From Deltaproteobacteria bacterium (GTDB lineage: Bacteria; Myxococcota_A; Polyangia; Fen-1088), in assembly GCA_033763315.1 (NCBI GenBank), contig JANRKS010000028.1, positions 64,001 through 128,000 on the forward strand: a stretch of 64,000 nucleotides of DNA, written 5' to 3'. The translations under genes were made by a program, and so were the position numbers. The stretch's first letter is position 1; each line of letters opens with the position of its first letter. The notes below the pieces were generated by a model. The model saw nothing but the letters and a program-made list of their open reading frames with translations, searched no databases and was not told where the DNA came from. This document shows, piece by piece, positions 29,630 through 40,354 of this stretch.

Positions 29630-30109
29630 ATGAGCACTTCAAGACGCGTGCTTTTGATTCGTTCGGGTTTGTGCCTCGCCACCGCGGCCGCTCCCACCCT
29701 CGTGCGGGCTGCAGCGCCGCTGGCTGTGATCGTAGGGACAGGCTGCAAACTCGACAGCGTGAGTAAGGCAGAACTCAAACGCTTGTTCCTTGGTGAAACA
29801 GACAACATATCTGGCAACGTCCTCGTACCTTTCAACATGGCGGCGTCGCTGCCCGAACGATCGATTTTCTTGAAGGCGGTGCTGGGTATGACGCCTGATC
29901 AAGAAAGCAAATACTGGATCGATAGACGCATCCGTGGCCAAGGCGGCTCGCCCAAGTCAGCGCCCAACATCGACGCCTTACTGAAGGTGGCGGCGAAGTT
30001 TCCCAAAGCGATCACTTATGTGCCTGCGACGCTCACCAAGCCCGATGTTAAGGTGTTGCGCGTCGAAGGTAAATTGCCGACCGACGCCGGCTACTCCCTG
30101 GTGGGATAG
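29630..30109 (+). CDS. Small Tat-exported periplasmic-binding-protein-like protein (PBP/PstS-like single lobe)
   Basis: SRRVLL Tat motif; VIV...S.AELKRLFLG...F...VLGM...YW...P...V...P.AITYV pattern typical of small PBP-like proteins found beside porins. Confidence 0.7.
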   Translation: MSTSRRVLLIRSGLCLATAAAPTLVRAAAPLAVIVGTGCKLDSVSKAELKRLFLGETDNISGNVLVPFNMAASLPERSIFLKAVLGMTPDQESKYWIDRRIRGQGGSPKSAPNIDALLKVAAKFPKAITYVPATLTKPDVKVLRVEGKLPTDAGYSLVG

Positions 30110-30142
30110 GCCGCCTTCATCGCCTCGCATGTGCAGCGCGGG

Positions 30143-31810
30143 TCAAACCGATAACATCAGCAGCAGCTGCGCGATCAAGATCTTGCCGATCATGGCCACA
30201 GGGTAAACCACCGCATATGCGACGTACGTTTCCTCCGAACGGCCGGACATCTCGTAGGCGGCGGCCAACGTCGCGGGTTGCGTCTGCATGCCGCTGCACG
30301 TGCCGAGCGATCGGGTGATAGACGTCCGCGCGAACAAAGGCGCGACGGTCAACACCAGCCCTGAACAGACCAAGGTGATCACCGCGCCAAGCCCCACAAT
30401 TGAAAGCCCCACGGTGCCGGGCAGGTTGCCAAGCGCCGCCCCGGCTCCCACGCCCACGCCGGCCAAAAACAGCAGCAAACCAAGCTCACGCAGGGCCACG
30501 GTGGCTTCATAGGGCATCGACCATACGAAGGGGCCCGTGCGCCCGGCGCGGCCCAAGATGAGCGCCACGATCAACGGCCCGCCCGCAATCCCCAACGTCA
30601 CGTTGCCGGTGGGCAAAGGCAAGGGGACGCGCGCGAGCACCAGGCCCGCCAGGATGCCCAACGCCAGCGACACGAAATCCACCTCGGCCAGCGACTTTTC
30701 GGAATCGCCGAAAAACGCAGATACATCCTTGAGGCGGCTGCACGGCGCCACCACACGCAGCCGATCACCAATCTCAAGCCGCACTTCAGGCGAAGGCAAC
30801 ATATCGAGGTCGGCGCGGCGCAAGCGCGTGACCTGCGCATTGAAGCGGCGCTCAAGATCGAGATCGCGCAAGGCACAGCCCACGAGATCGCGGCGCGAGA
30901 CGAGAATGCGGCGCATGTCCACATCTTCACGGTTCATCTGCAGTTGTTCGTCGCTGCGCGCGCCAAAGTATGCTTCAGCGGCGGCCAAAGCGGAAGCGGA
31001 CCCCACGACTGTGACGATATCGCCTTCGTTTAGCACGGTGAACTTCGTCGGCACTTTCGTTTGCCCGTCATGATGCCAACGCGACACCACCACGCCCACG
31101 TCATGTCGCACGCGCAAATCGCCAATGGAACGGCCTGCGATTGCCGCCCGCGTGATGCGAAAGTTTGCCGACAGCAACTGCCTTTCCGCGCCCGACGATC
31201 GTTCGTCGATTTCCCGCTTGAGAGCCACGGCCTTCGCCCGCGCCGAAAGGCGCAACAACGCCAGCCCACCTAGAACGCCCAAAGGGTAAGTAAGGGAGTA
31301 AGCAATTGCCGGATGCGTGCCAAGCGACGTACCCTGCAAACGTTCGGTGGCTGCCGCCAGCGCGGGCGTGTTCGTGAGCGCGCCCGTGAACATCCCCGCA
31401 ACATAGCCAGCGTCGAGGCCAAGCCAGCGACCGCCCAAGTAAGCGATCGTGGCACCTGTTAACAACGCCGCCAACACCAGCGCGCTGGCGCGTTGGCCAC
31501 CTTGCCTCCAGGCTCGAAAGAAGCCCGGACCGCTTGATAGCCCCACAAGATAGACGAACAAAACCAAGCCGACGTCACGCAACGGCGTGGCGAGGCGCAG
31601 TGGCGATTGCGGTTCTGTGAGCCACGCGCCTAAACCCAGCCCAGCAAACAAAACACCGGCCACACCCAAGCGAAAGCCGCGCACCGAAACGCGGCCCAAC
31701 GCGAGCCCCACCAGAACCACAGCAAACAGCAGCAACAATTCACTGCTGAAAAAGGCGTTCGCCAGAACCTCCCGCAGATGGATTTGGTCACTCACGTTTG
31801 TGCGCAGCAT
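30143..31810 (-). CDS. AspT/YidE/YbjL family (aspartate:alanine exchanger) transporter with TrkA-C domains
   Basis: LGVAGVLFAGL, GPGFF, GALTNTPALAAA, central RCK-C repeats, GMQTQPA.L, YAVVYP. Confidence 0.9.
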   Translation of the reverse strand: MLRTNVSDQIHLREVLANAFFSSELLLLFAVVLVGLALGRVSVRGFRLGVAGVLFAGLGLGAWLTEPQSPLRLATPLRDVGLVLFVYLVGLSSGPGFFRAWRQGGQRASALVLAALLTGATIAYLGGRWLGLDAGYVAGMFTGALTNTPALAAATERLQGTSLGTHPAIAYSLTYPLGVLGGLALLRLSARAKAVALKREIDERSSGAERQLLSANFRITRAAIAGRSIGDLRVRHDVGVVVSRWHHDGQTKVPTKFTVLNEGDIVTVVGSASALAAAEAYFGARSDEQLQMNREDVDMRRILVSRRDLVGCALRDLDLERRFNAQVTRLRRADLDMLPSPEVRLEIGDRLRVVAPCSRLKDVSAFFGDSEKSLAEVDFVSLALGILAGLVLARVPLPLPTGNVTLGIAGGPLIVALILGRAGRTGPFVWSMPYEATVALRELGLLLFLAGVGVGAGAALGNLPGTVGLSIVGLGAVITLVCSGLVLTVAPLFARTSITRSLGTCSGMQTQPATLAAAYEMSGRSEETYVAYAVVYPVAMIGKILIAQLLLMLSV

Positions 31811-31840
31811 AGCCGCTGCACACGCTTGGCGCGACGTGAA

Positions 31841-32383
31841 TCAAGGGGAGACAGGCGCCGCTTGGCACACGTCTGATTTGCAAACGCCACTGCAGCATTC
31901 CTTGTTGGTGCCGCAAACAACGCCCACAGCGCTGCACGCCGGCTCGTCCGGAAAATTGAACGAAACATCTACGCGACCATTGCGGGTCATATTGAATTCC
32001 ACGCGCGTTTTCGTGCCCTCAACAATTGAGATGTCTTTTGTGTCGCTTACCCATGAGGGCGTCGCTTTGCTTGTGACCTTTTCGCAGGCGCTGCCAAACG
32101 CTTCTGCGGCGATCTTGACTTGGCCCAACGGAAAGCCCGTGAGCACTTGGCTCACGCTTGGCCCGGGCACCACGTCAACGTCCGCAATCTTTTCACGCGT
32201 AGGCCCTTTGGCTGTGATGCGCACGCACGCCACATCAGCAGGCACCGCCATCAACGCCATTTCAATCATGCCCACATCCTCGGAGCCGGAGGCCGTCACA
32301 TCTTCCGGCGGCGCTTCAGCGTCCAAATTGCCACAAGCGGCCACGGCCAAACCCAAACACATCGTCAGCGCTGCAAGTTTCAT
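31841..32383 (-). CDS. Lipoprotein with beta-sandwich-like body and C-terminal knottin-like Cys module
   Basis: Lipobox VAAC; C-terminus CSAVGVVCGTNKECCSGVCKSDVC. Confidence 0.75.
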   Translation of the reverse strand: MKLAALTMCLGLAVAACGNLDAEAPPEDVTASGSEDVGMIEMALMAVPADVACVRITAKGPTREKIADVDVVPGPSVSQVLTGFPLGQVKIAAEAFGSACEKVTSKATPSWVSDTKDISIVEGTKTRVEFNMTRNGRVDVSFNFPDEPACSAVGVVCGTNKECCSGVCKSDVCQAAPVSP

Positions 32384-32476
32384 TTTCTGTTCTCCTTCAC
32401 AGTAATCGGCCGGCCCTCACGGCCAGCCTCACTTCGCTTTTCGGGAACGAAGCGGCAAAGTTGCGTGAAAAAGCAC

Positions 32477-32515
32477 AAAAAAAGCGCCTCAGCCATATGG
32501 GACGGCGAGGCGCTT
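32477..32515 (-). terminator. Rho-independent terminator downstream of argG
   Basis: On the minus strand, AAGCGCCTC...GAGGCGCTT stem followed by a T7 tract, about 20 nt after the argG stop. Confidence 0.7.
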
Positions 32516-32534
32516 GCGCAGACGTGCGTGGCGC

Positions 32535-33989
<1,455 letters not shown>

Positions 33990-35132
33990 CTAATGTGCCG
34001 GGTCCGACGGGGGCGAAGCGGCGGGCAGGGCTTTTAACCTAAACCGGAGGGGGAAACAGAAGGGGGTGGCAGCCCCCTCGCGCATCAAGGGACGCCAACG
34101 CCATTTCCAAAGGGCATCAATGACCGCTAAGTCAAACGCAGGATCGCTACGTTTGGTGAGGGTCACGGAATCCGGATGCCCGTCTACGTCGACGCACACG
34201 CGCGCATCTGCGACAGCGTCGACGCCGGGCTGAGCCAAGGCCGAGGGGCTGCGCGGCGCAACCCGGACCTCCGAGAGATCGTTGCCTTCTCGTAAGGAAA
34301 GATTGGTGTGCCCCACCGTGATTGACTCCAGCTCGGTCGCGGACAGCCAACGGGTCTCGTAGACGACGTCCGGTTTATCATCGACACCCGCTTGTTTAGC
34401 CGTGATTTGCAGCGCCTCTGCGTCCTGGGAAAGGCGGAACTTTTTCTCGAGCATGAAGACTGACCGCGCATCGTTGTTCGACGGAGCCGAATGCTTCACC
34501 AGCAAGTTGACGAAGCATGCACCGCTCTCTTGCGTAACGGTCGACTTCAGGGCTTCAAGAAAGATCCCATGATTGCTTGTTGACTGGCGATAGATGACAG
34601 AAGGTGCACAGTCGCTGGCGGCTTTGGAACCCGCCGACCCCTCTCGCACGTTCTTTACTTCGGCTTTGAAAGTCTTTTCTTCAATTGGTCCCTGAACCTT
34701 TAAGACGTTTCTTTGAACATAACAGAACGGGACCACCTGGCCGTCTTTCAACATGGGTTTGAATCTCCACTTCGATACGGCGAGCAAGACCGCTTGATCA
34801 AAGTCGTGTTCGGACGGCTTCACGATGTCTGCGCTTGTCACAAGGCCCGCCTTGTTCACGCAGATCCTGATGAGATCGAAAAGTGAGACGTTTTCGACTC
34901 TGTATTTCAAAGGAACGACGGGGTCAACACGAGAAACCAGCTGTGTGGTCCCCACGATTGGAGAAAGCATAGGTGCCTCAGGTTCTGGCGGCGGGGGAAG
35001 CTCGATCCGGCGGGGTGGCGCTGGGCTGGCGCAGGCAACACAGTGCAAGACGACGAGAAGCAACCATAAGTGCGTCTTCTTCGTAAGTTGCGCATACCTT
35101 GCAGTGCGGCCGGGCCACTTGTCAGCGCGCAC
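33990..35132 (-). CDS. Putative lipoprotein with two TonB C-terminal-like domains
   Basis: Lipobox-like CVAC and Pro-rich linker; two repeats of CV...G.......S...FD.AV..A..KWR..P....G...PFC. Start uncertain (in-frame GTG 35132; the ORF is open to 35306). Confidence 0.7.
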   Translation of the reverse strand: MRADKWPGRTARYAQLTKKTHLWLLLVVLHCVACASPAPPRRIELPPPPEPEAPMLSPIVGTTQLVSRVDPVVPLKYRVENVSLFDLIRICVNKAGLVTSADIVKPSEHDFDQAVLLAVSKWRFKPMLKDGQVVPFCYVQRNVLKVQGPIEEKTFKAEVKNVREGSAGSKAASDCAPSVIYRQSTSNHGIFLEALKSTVTQESGACFVNLLVKHSAPSNNDARSVFMLEKKFRLSQDAEALQITAKQAGVDDKPDVVYETRWLSATELESITVGHTNLSLREGNDLSEVRVAPRSPSALAQPGVDAVADARVCVDVDGHPDSVTLTKRSDPAFDLAVIDALWKWRWRPLMREGAATPFCFPLRFRLKALPAASPPSDPAH

Positions 35133-35242
35133 CGCGCCGATCCACACCGGCAAACGAATTTCTGGCTGAAGCGCCCTCAAGCCGCGGGCGCGACCTGCCG
35201 ATGAACCCACTCGAGGGAACCACTGACCACGAGGGGGCTGCG

Positions 35243-36118
35243 ATGAAACCGGTGCCATTGACCGCGGGGCTAGCGCTTTTCGTGCTGTGGAGCTGTGGAG
35301 GGCCATCGAGTGAGACTTATGTGCCGTTGGGCGGCGAGTTTCAGACCGGGCCGCACGCAGATGGAGGAGCCGGAGGCGCAGGAGCGATGGCCCCTGGGGG
35401 CAGCGCGGCCGGGGGCAGTGCCATGGGCAGCGGCGGAATCACAGGCACCGGGGGACAACCAGCGCCCGGCACTGGGGGCGTGGCGCCGGCCACCGGGGGC
35501 GCTGGCGGGACCGCCAACACGGGCGGCAAACCCGGCACCGGCGGCTCGATGAGCACAGGAGGCAGCATGGGCACGGGCGGCGCGGTGGCCACAGGAGGCG
35601 CCGCCGGATCGGCGCCATCAAACAACGGCGACGCCGCGGTGTGGAATTTTGAGCAGGGCGTTCAAGCCTGGAAAGCATTGCGTGGAAACGACACCACCAA
35701 GGTGGCCACGAGCACCGTATTCAAAGGCAAGCAGGCGCTCGAATTCCCCGTGGTCATCACCGCCGCGGACGTCACAGCGGCGGGGTCCGATGGCGTTGAG
35801 CGCGCGGTGGGCATTGCCAACCCCGACTTTGCCGTGACTGCAGGCATGCCGTTTTGGTCAGGCAAGACGATCACGTTTCACGTATGGGTGCCAGCGAGCC
35901 TTCCCAACGGCTATTTCACCACGTACGTCTTGGGTGCCAATAACCCTTGGAAAGATTCAGGCAACGCGAACCTTTCCCGCGGCGCTTGGACAACCATCAA
36001 CTTGGTCGCGCCCACGGTCACCGACCCCGGCGCTTACCTTGAACTTGGTATTTATTTCAAGGGCGTAAAATCCGCGTGGAGTGGCAGCTTGTTCGTGGAC
36101 TCTGTTGAAGTGAAGTGA
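35243..36118 (+). CDS. Lipoprotein with Gly-rich linker and C-terminal carbohydrate-binding-module-like jelly-roll
   Basis: Lipobox LWSC; GG(T/S) repeats; WNFE.G...W, FKGKQAL, ITFHVWVP, GAWTTI, ELGIYF, GSLFVDSV. Confidence 0.7.
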   Translation: MKPVPLTAGLALFVLWSCGGPSSETYVPLGGEFQTGPHADGGAGGAGAMAPGGSAAGGSAMGSGGITGTGGQPAPGTGGVAPATGGAGGTANTGGKPGTGGSMSTGGSMGTGGAVATGGAAGSAPSNNGDAAVWNFEQGVQAWKALRGNDTTKVATSTVFKGKQALEFPVVITAADVTAAGSDGVERAVGIANPDFAVTAGMPFWSGKTITFHVWVPASLPNGYFTTYVLGANNPWKDSGNANLSRGAWTTINLVAPTVTDPGAYLELGIYFKGVKSAWSGSLFVDSVEVK

Positions 36119-36142
36119 TCCTAAAGGCGCCGCGCATGAGCC

Positions 36143-37717
36143 CTAAAGCGTTGGCGCACGCCATTCGCACGGCAGCCGCGCAGGCAGGCGCTCCGGGGGC
36201 ACGACGTTTACGCGCCGGGGCCAGTCCTGCACCAACGCGGGATCACCCACCAGTTGATGAGCGGGCAGCTCTGACCACAAGGCTGCTGGAATCTCTAATT
36301 GATAGCGGCCATGCAGCAGCGCCTTATCCAGCGGCAAGGTGAACATGCACGCCTCAGGATGTTCCGCCCTGAGGCGACGAAAGTTCACAAACCAGGGCTC
36401 AGTTGCGAAGCCGTGATAATGCGTAGGCTGCAGCTTGGGCAAACGCTCGCGATAATTGCGCGCGTGCACAACGTCAACACTTAAGCTGACGACGGCGCAC
36501 AAAACAGCGAAGGCCGCCACGAGCGTCTTGTGTTTTGCCACACGCGCGGTGGCCATTGCAGCACCCGTGGTCACAAACAGCGGCACAAACTCATAGCGCT
36601 TATACGCGTCCACCGGCAGATCTAGATAAAGGGCCGTGGCCAATGCAATGGCGGCAAACGCAATCATCCAAACCAAGCGCGGTGTGTGGTGCCGTCGCCA
36701 CACTGAAACGGCGGCTGCGACGATCAACACGAACGCCGCCAAACCGACCGAAGTTAAAGCATTCGAAGTTGCAGTGTAGGGGCCCACTTGCCCCGCGAGA
36801 CCAGCGCCCAGCTGCGCCAGCACGCGCCTGCGTTGCAGCCATAAGCTTGCAAACTCCGCTAAGCTTGTGGGAAAGAAGCTGGGCGAGGGACGCGAAAACA
36901 AGGTCGCGAACAAATCATTTAGGCCATCGCGTGCCCACAGGCCAAAAGCCAGAACGAAAGCCACCAACGTGACAAGGGCTGCGCCAATTATCAGCGCCAC
37001 ATCACGCACACGCACGCGTGGGGATCGCTTGCCGCAGACCGACGCCACATAGATCGCCGGAAAAAGATAAAGCCCCGCCTGCCACGACATCAACACGCCA
37101 CACGCCCCCAGAACGCCGGCTGCAACACTTCGGCGGGCGGTCCAAGCGTGGACATGGCGCAAGGCCAAGCTCAGCAATGCCGCGCCAAACGGAAGATAAA
37201 GAACGTTGTCTTCTAACGTGAGCAGAAGCTGCGCAACGCCCCACGAAGAGACGTAAAGCAAAGACCACAGCCCGCCTGCCACGCCAGCAAAATGGTGACC
37301 AAAGCGCGCCAACACGAAGGCCGCCCCTGCCAGTGCGATTGCGTTGACCGTACGCACGCCATCGAGCCAGGAGCCGCCCCACAAGCGGGCCAGCCGCGCC
37401 CCACCCGCGTAAACGGGGCCTAAACCGAAATGCGAATTCCACGGCAGCTGCGCGGGGGATCCCTGGCCGCTGGCATAAAGTGCCACGTAACTGGCCGTAT
37501 CCCAGTTTACGCCGGATGCCAGCCATGGGCCTGAAGCCACCCAGGCCCAAAGCAAAGCTATGAACGCGATCGCCACGGGCAACGCAATATCAGCGCGTGA
37601 GCGAATGAGGGGTGCGTGGGGTTGTTCCACCAGCGCTTGTATACCGCGCGCCACCCCGGGCTCGAAGCCGTTCCCACACGGCTGCGGGGCTGTCCGCGGC
37701 CGGGATAAACAACGCAA
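36143..37717 (-). CDS. Polytopic membrane protein (possibly GT-C-fold glycosyltransferase-like)
   Basis: About 10-11 hydrophobic segments; NWD in the first loop and an ED motif. Start uncertain. Confidence 0.55.
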   Translation of the reverse strand: MRCLSRPRTAPQPCGNGFEPGVARGIQALVEQPHAPLIRSRADIALPVAIAFIALLWAWVASGPWLASGVNWDTASYVALYASGQGSPAQLPWNSHFGLGPVYAGGARLARLWGGSWLDGVRTVNAIALAGAAFVLARFGHHFAGVAGGLWSLLYVSSWGVAQLLLTLEDNVLYLPFGAALLSLALRHVHAWTARRSVAAGVLGACGVLMSWQAGLYLFPAIYVASVCGKRSPRVRVRDVALIIGAALVTLVAFVLAFGLWARDGLNDLFATLFSRPSPSFFPTSLAEFASLWLQRRRVLAQLGAGLAGQVGPYTATSNALTSVGLAAFVLIVAAAVSVWRRHHTPRLVWMIAFAAIALATALYLDLPVDAYKRYEFVPLFVTTGAAMATARVAKHKTLVAAFAVLCAVVSLSVDVVHARNYRERLPKLQPTHYHGFATEPWFVNFRRLRAEHPEACMFTLPLDKALLHGRYQLEIPAALWSELPAHQLVGDPALVQDWPRRVNVVPPERLPARLPCEWRAPTL

Positions 37718-37839
37718 CGCGCCTACGCTCGCAGCAGACTCAAGTAACCTGGGTGCCGCTCCGATTAACCAGGTCGCGATTTGATTTAAGACCCCGGGGG
37801 CTTCGGGCTGTGACCGTTGCCTAGGAAGGCAACACCATC

Positions 37840-40317
37840 ATGCAGATCGAAATTCTCGAAAGTTCCTTCGGGCTATTGGCGCCTCGAGGCAGCGAGCTTG
37901 TGGCGCGCTTTTACGAACGATTGTTCGAGCAGTACCCTGAAGTCAAGCCGATGTTTCGTCACGTTGATATGGCGAAACAAGAAAAGGCTTTGTTGGGTGC
38001 CCTAGCACTGGTGATCAAATCATTGCGATCGCCCGATGTCTTGATTCCAACGCTAAAGCAACTGGGCAAGAAGCATGAGGGCTATGGCACCAAGCCAGAA
38101 CACTACGATGCCGTTCGACTGACGCTTATCGAAGTGATGAAAGAGATGGCGGGCCGTGCCTTCACGCCAAAGATAGCCAGGGCGTGGGATGAGGCTTTGC
38201 AAACCATTGCGGATGTGATGACGGGAACGACAGCAACAGAGCGGGGGAATACCATGAAGAAGACCAAAGTCGGCGGGGATGAAATGGTGAGCGCCGAGGT
38301 TCCGGCAGGCTCTGTGCAAGCTGATCAGGACAAGTTGCGAATGCGGGCTATCGGCGGCGTCAGCACCGCCATCATGATGATCGACCGTGATCTCGTGATC
38401 AATTACGCCAACAGGGCGACTGTAGACCTCATTCGTAAAAACGAGGCTGAATTCAAGTCTGTTTATCCATCATTCAACGTAGATGGCTTGATTGGCACGT
38501 GCATCGACATTTTTCACGCGCGGCCTGAACATCAGCGGCGAATGCTGTCCGACGAACGCAACCTCCCGCATCGAGCGGACATTCGCGTGGGAAAGCTGAT
38601 CTTCCAGATCAACGTCACCGCAATTATTGACGACGCGGGCCACTACGTTGGCAATACGCTTGAATGGTATGACGTGACCGCCATCCGTGCGAAGGAGAAT
38701 GACGTCGCGCGACTTCAGAACGCAGTTGAGGGCGTCACCACGGCGATCATGATGATCGACCGTGATTTCGTTATAACGTACGTCAACGAAGCCACGCGGC
38801 AGCTGCTGGCGCGACGTGAAAGCGAAATTCGGAAAGTCTTCCCGAAATTCTCGGCCGCGACCATCCTCGGGTCCAACATTGACATATTTCATAAACACCC
38901 AGAGCATCAACGCCGGATGTTGAGTGATCCATCCGTGTTGCCACATTCGGCTGACATCAAGCTCGGGACCTTGACATTTCAGATCAAGGTCAGCGCCATC
39001 AAAGACGCGGCCGGCAAGTACGTTGGCAACACCATGGAGTGGTCCGACGTAACCGAACAGCGAGACGCAGAACGACAGATCGAAAGCTTGATCACTTCTG
39101 CCACTGCGGGACGGCTGGACGATCGCATGGATGCGGATCGCTATGAAGGGTTCGTCAAGAAGGTGGGCCTGGGCGTTAACTCAGTAATGAACGCCGTTGT
39201 TGTCCCGGTTCGCGAAGCGATTCGCGTCATCGAAGCTTTGGCTCAAGGGGACCTTACCGCAAGCATGGCGGGCGACTTCAGCGGTGAGTTCGCCACGCTT
39301 CGTGATCAACTCAACGCCTCGATGAACACCCTGAAGAACACCGTTTTGCGCATCACCCAATCGGCGCAGACGATCAACTCTGCTGCAATGGACATCTCGG
39401 AAGGTAACGCGAATCTTAACAAGCGCACCCAAGAGCAATCTTCTGCGCTTGAAGAGACAGCCGCAAGCCTTGAAGAAATGACCGCAACCGTAAAACAGAA
39501 CGCGGGCAATGCAATGCAAGCCAACCAACTGGCGTCAGGCGCGCGCGATTCCGCCGAAAAGGGTGGGCAAGTTGTCAACTCTGCTGTTAGCGCGATGAGC
39601 GCAATTACTGAAGCGTCCAAAAGGGTCGCCGACATCATTGGCGTTATTGAGCAGATTGCTTTTCAAACCAATATGCTCGCGCTGAACGCGGCTGTCGAAG
39701 CCGCGCGCGCTGGGGATCAGGGGCGCGGCTTTGCCGTTGTTGCTGCCGAGGTTCGCAACCTTGCCCAGCGCAGCGCCGGTGCCGCAAAAGAGATAAAGTC
39801 TCTCATCCAAGATAGCCAGGAAAAGGTTGAACAGGGCGCGAAGCTGGTCAACCGATCAGGCGAAACCCTGCAGGAAATTGTTGGGTCAGTCAATAAGGTG
39901 AGCGACATCATTGGTGAGATCAACGCGGCAAGTGAAGAACAGGCCTCAGGCATTGATCAGATCAACTCCGCCGTGACTTCGATGGACAAAGGCACACAGC
40001 AGAACGCCGCCATGGTCGAGGAGGCCGCTGCCGCCGCTGAATCGCTAAGTGACCAGGCGCGAGAAATGTCCAACTTGGTCTCGTTCTTCAAAGTGGGTGA
40101 TGAGCCGCAAGAAGCTAGCGTGACTGCGGCAGCACCCGCCAGACGCGGCACCGCGGCTGTTGTTTCCAGCAACGGCCGCCCTAGGGTTGTAGGCACGCAG
40201 ACCATGTCGCCCGCCACGGCTTCGAGGCCTCGCGAAACATCGGTTGCCACGCGCCCCGCCACCAATGGTAGTCCTTCAAAAACGAACGGCAACGACGGAG
40301 GCTGGAACGAGTTTTAG
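37840..40317 (+). CDS. Soluble globin-PAS-PAS-HAMP methyl-accepting chemotaxis protein (Aer2/McpB-like)
   Basis: N-terminal globin ([29 protein letters not shown]); two PAS ([13 protein letters not shown]...EW); MCP tip [20 protein letters not shown]; C-terminal GWNEF pentapeptide; no TM. Confidence 0.92.
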   Translation: MQIEILESSFGLLAPRGSELVARFYERLFEQYPEVKPMFRHVDMAKQEKALLGALALVIKSLRSPDVLIPTLKQLGKKHEGYGTKPEHYDAVRLTLIEVMKEMAGRAFTPKIARAWDEALQTIADVMTGTTATERGNTMKKTKVGGDEMVSAEVPAGSVQADQDKLRMRAIGGVSTAIMMIDRDLVINYANRATVDLIRKNEAEFKSVYPSFNVDGLIGTCIDIFHARPEHQRRMLSDERNLPHRADIRVGKLIFQINVTAIIDDAGHYVGNTLEWYDVTAIRAKENDVARLQNAVEGVTTAIMMIDRDFVITYVNEATRQLLARRESEIRKVFPKFSAATILGSNIDIFHKHPEHQRRMLSDPSVLPHSADIKLGTLTFQIKVSAIKDAAGKYVGNTMEWSDVTEQRDAERQIESLITSATAGRLDDRMDADRYEGFVKKVGLGVNSVMNAVVVPVREAIRVIEALAQGDLTASMAGDFSGEFATLRDQLNASMNTLKNTVLRITQSAQTINSAAMDISEGNANLNKRTQEQSSALEETAASLEEMTATVKQNAGNAMQANQLASGARDSAEKGGQVVNSAVSAMSAITEASKRVADIIGVIEQIAFQTNMLALNAAVEAARAGDQGRGFAVVAAEVRNLAQRSAGAAKEIKSLIQDSQEKVEQGAKLVNRSGETLQEIVGSVNKVSDIIGEINAASEEQASGIDQINSAVTSMDKGTQQNAAMVEEAAAAAESLSDQAREMSNLVSFFKVGDEPQEASVTAAAPARRGTAAVVSSNGRPRVVGTQTMSPATASRPRETSVATRPATNGSPSKTNGNDGGWNEF

Positions 40318-40354
40318 CCTAAACGACTTTAGAAGACCCTCCGATGTTACAGGG

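Noticed and set aside
34907-35095. Out-of-frame ATG (MRNLRRRR) near the TonB-C gene start, suggesting a frameshifted signal peptide
   Set aside because: The main frame is open with alternative GTG starts and its own basic residues. A frameshift cannot be shown without reads or homologs.
35360-35610. G-rich repetitive stretch
   Set aside because: It encodes a Gly-rich lipoprotein linker, with no spacer-repeat structure.
38371-38764. Direct repeat ATCATGATGATCGACCGTGAT about 375 nt apart
   Set aside because: Explained by the tandem PAS domain duplication; not a mobile-element end or a CRISPR repeat.
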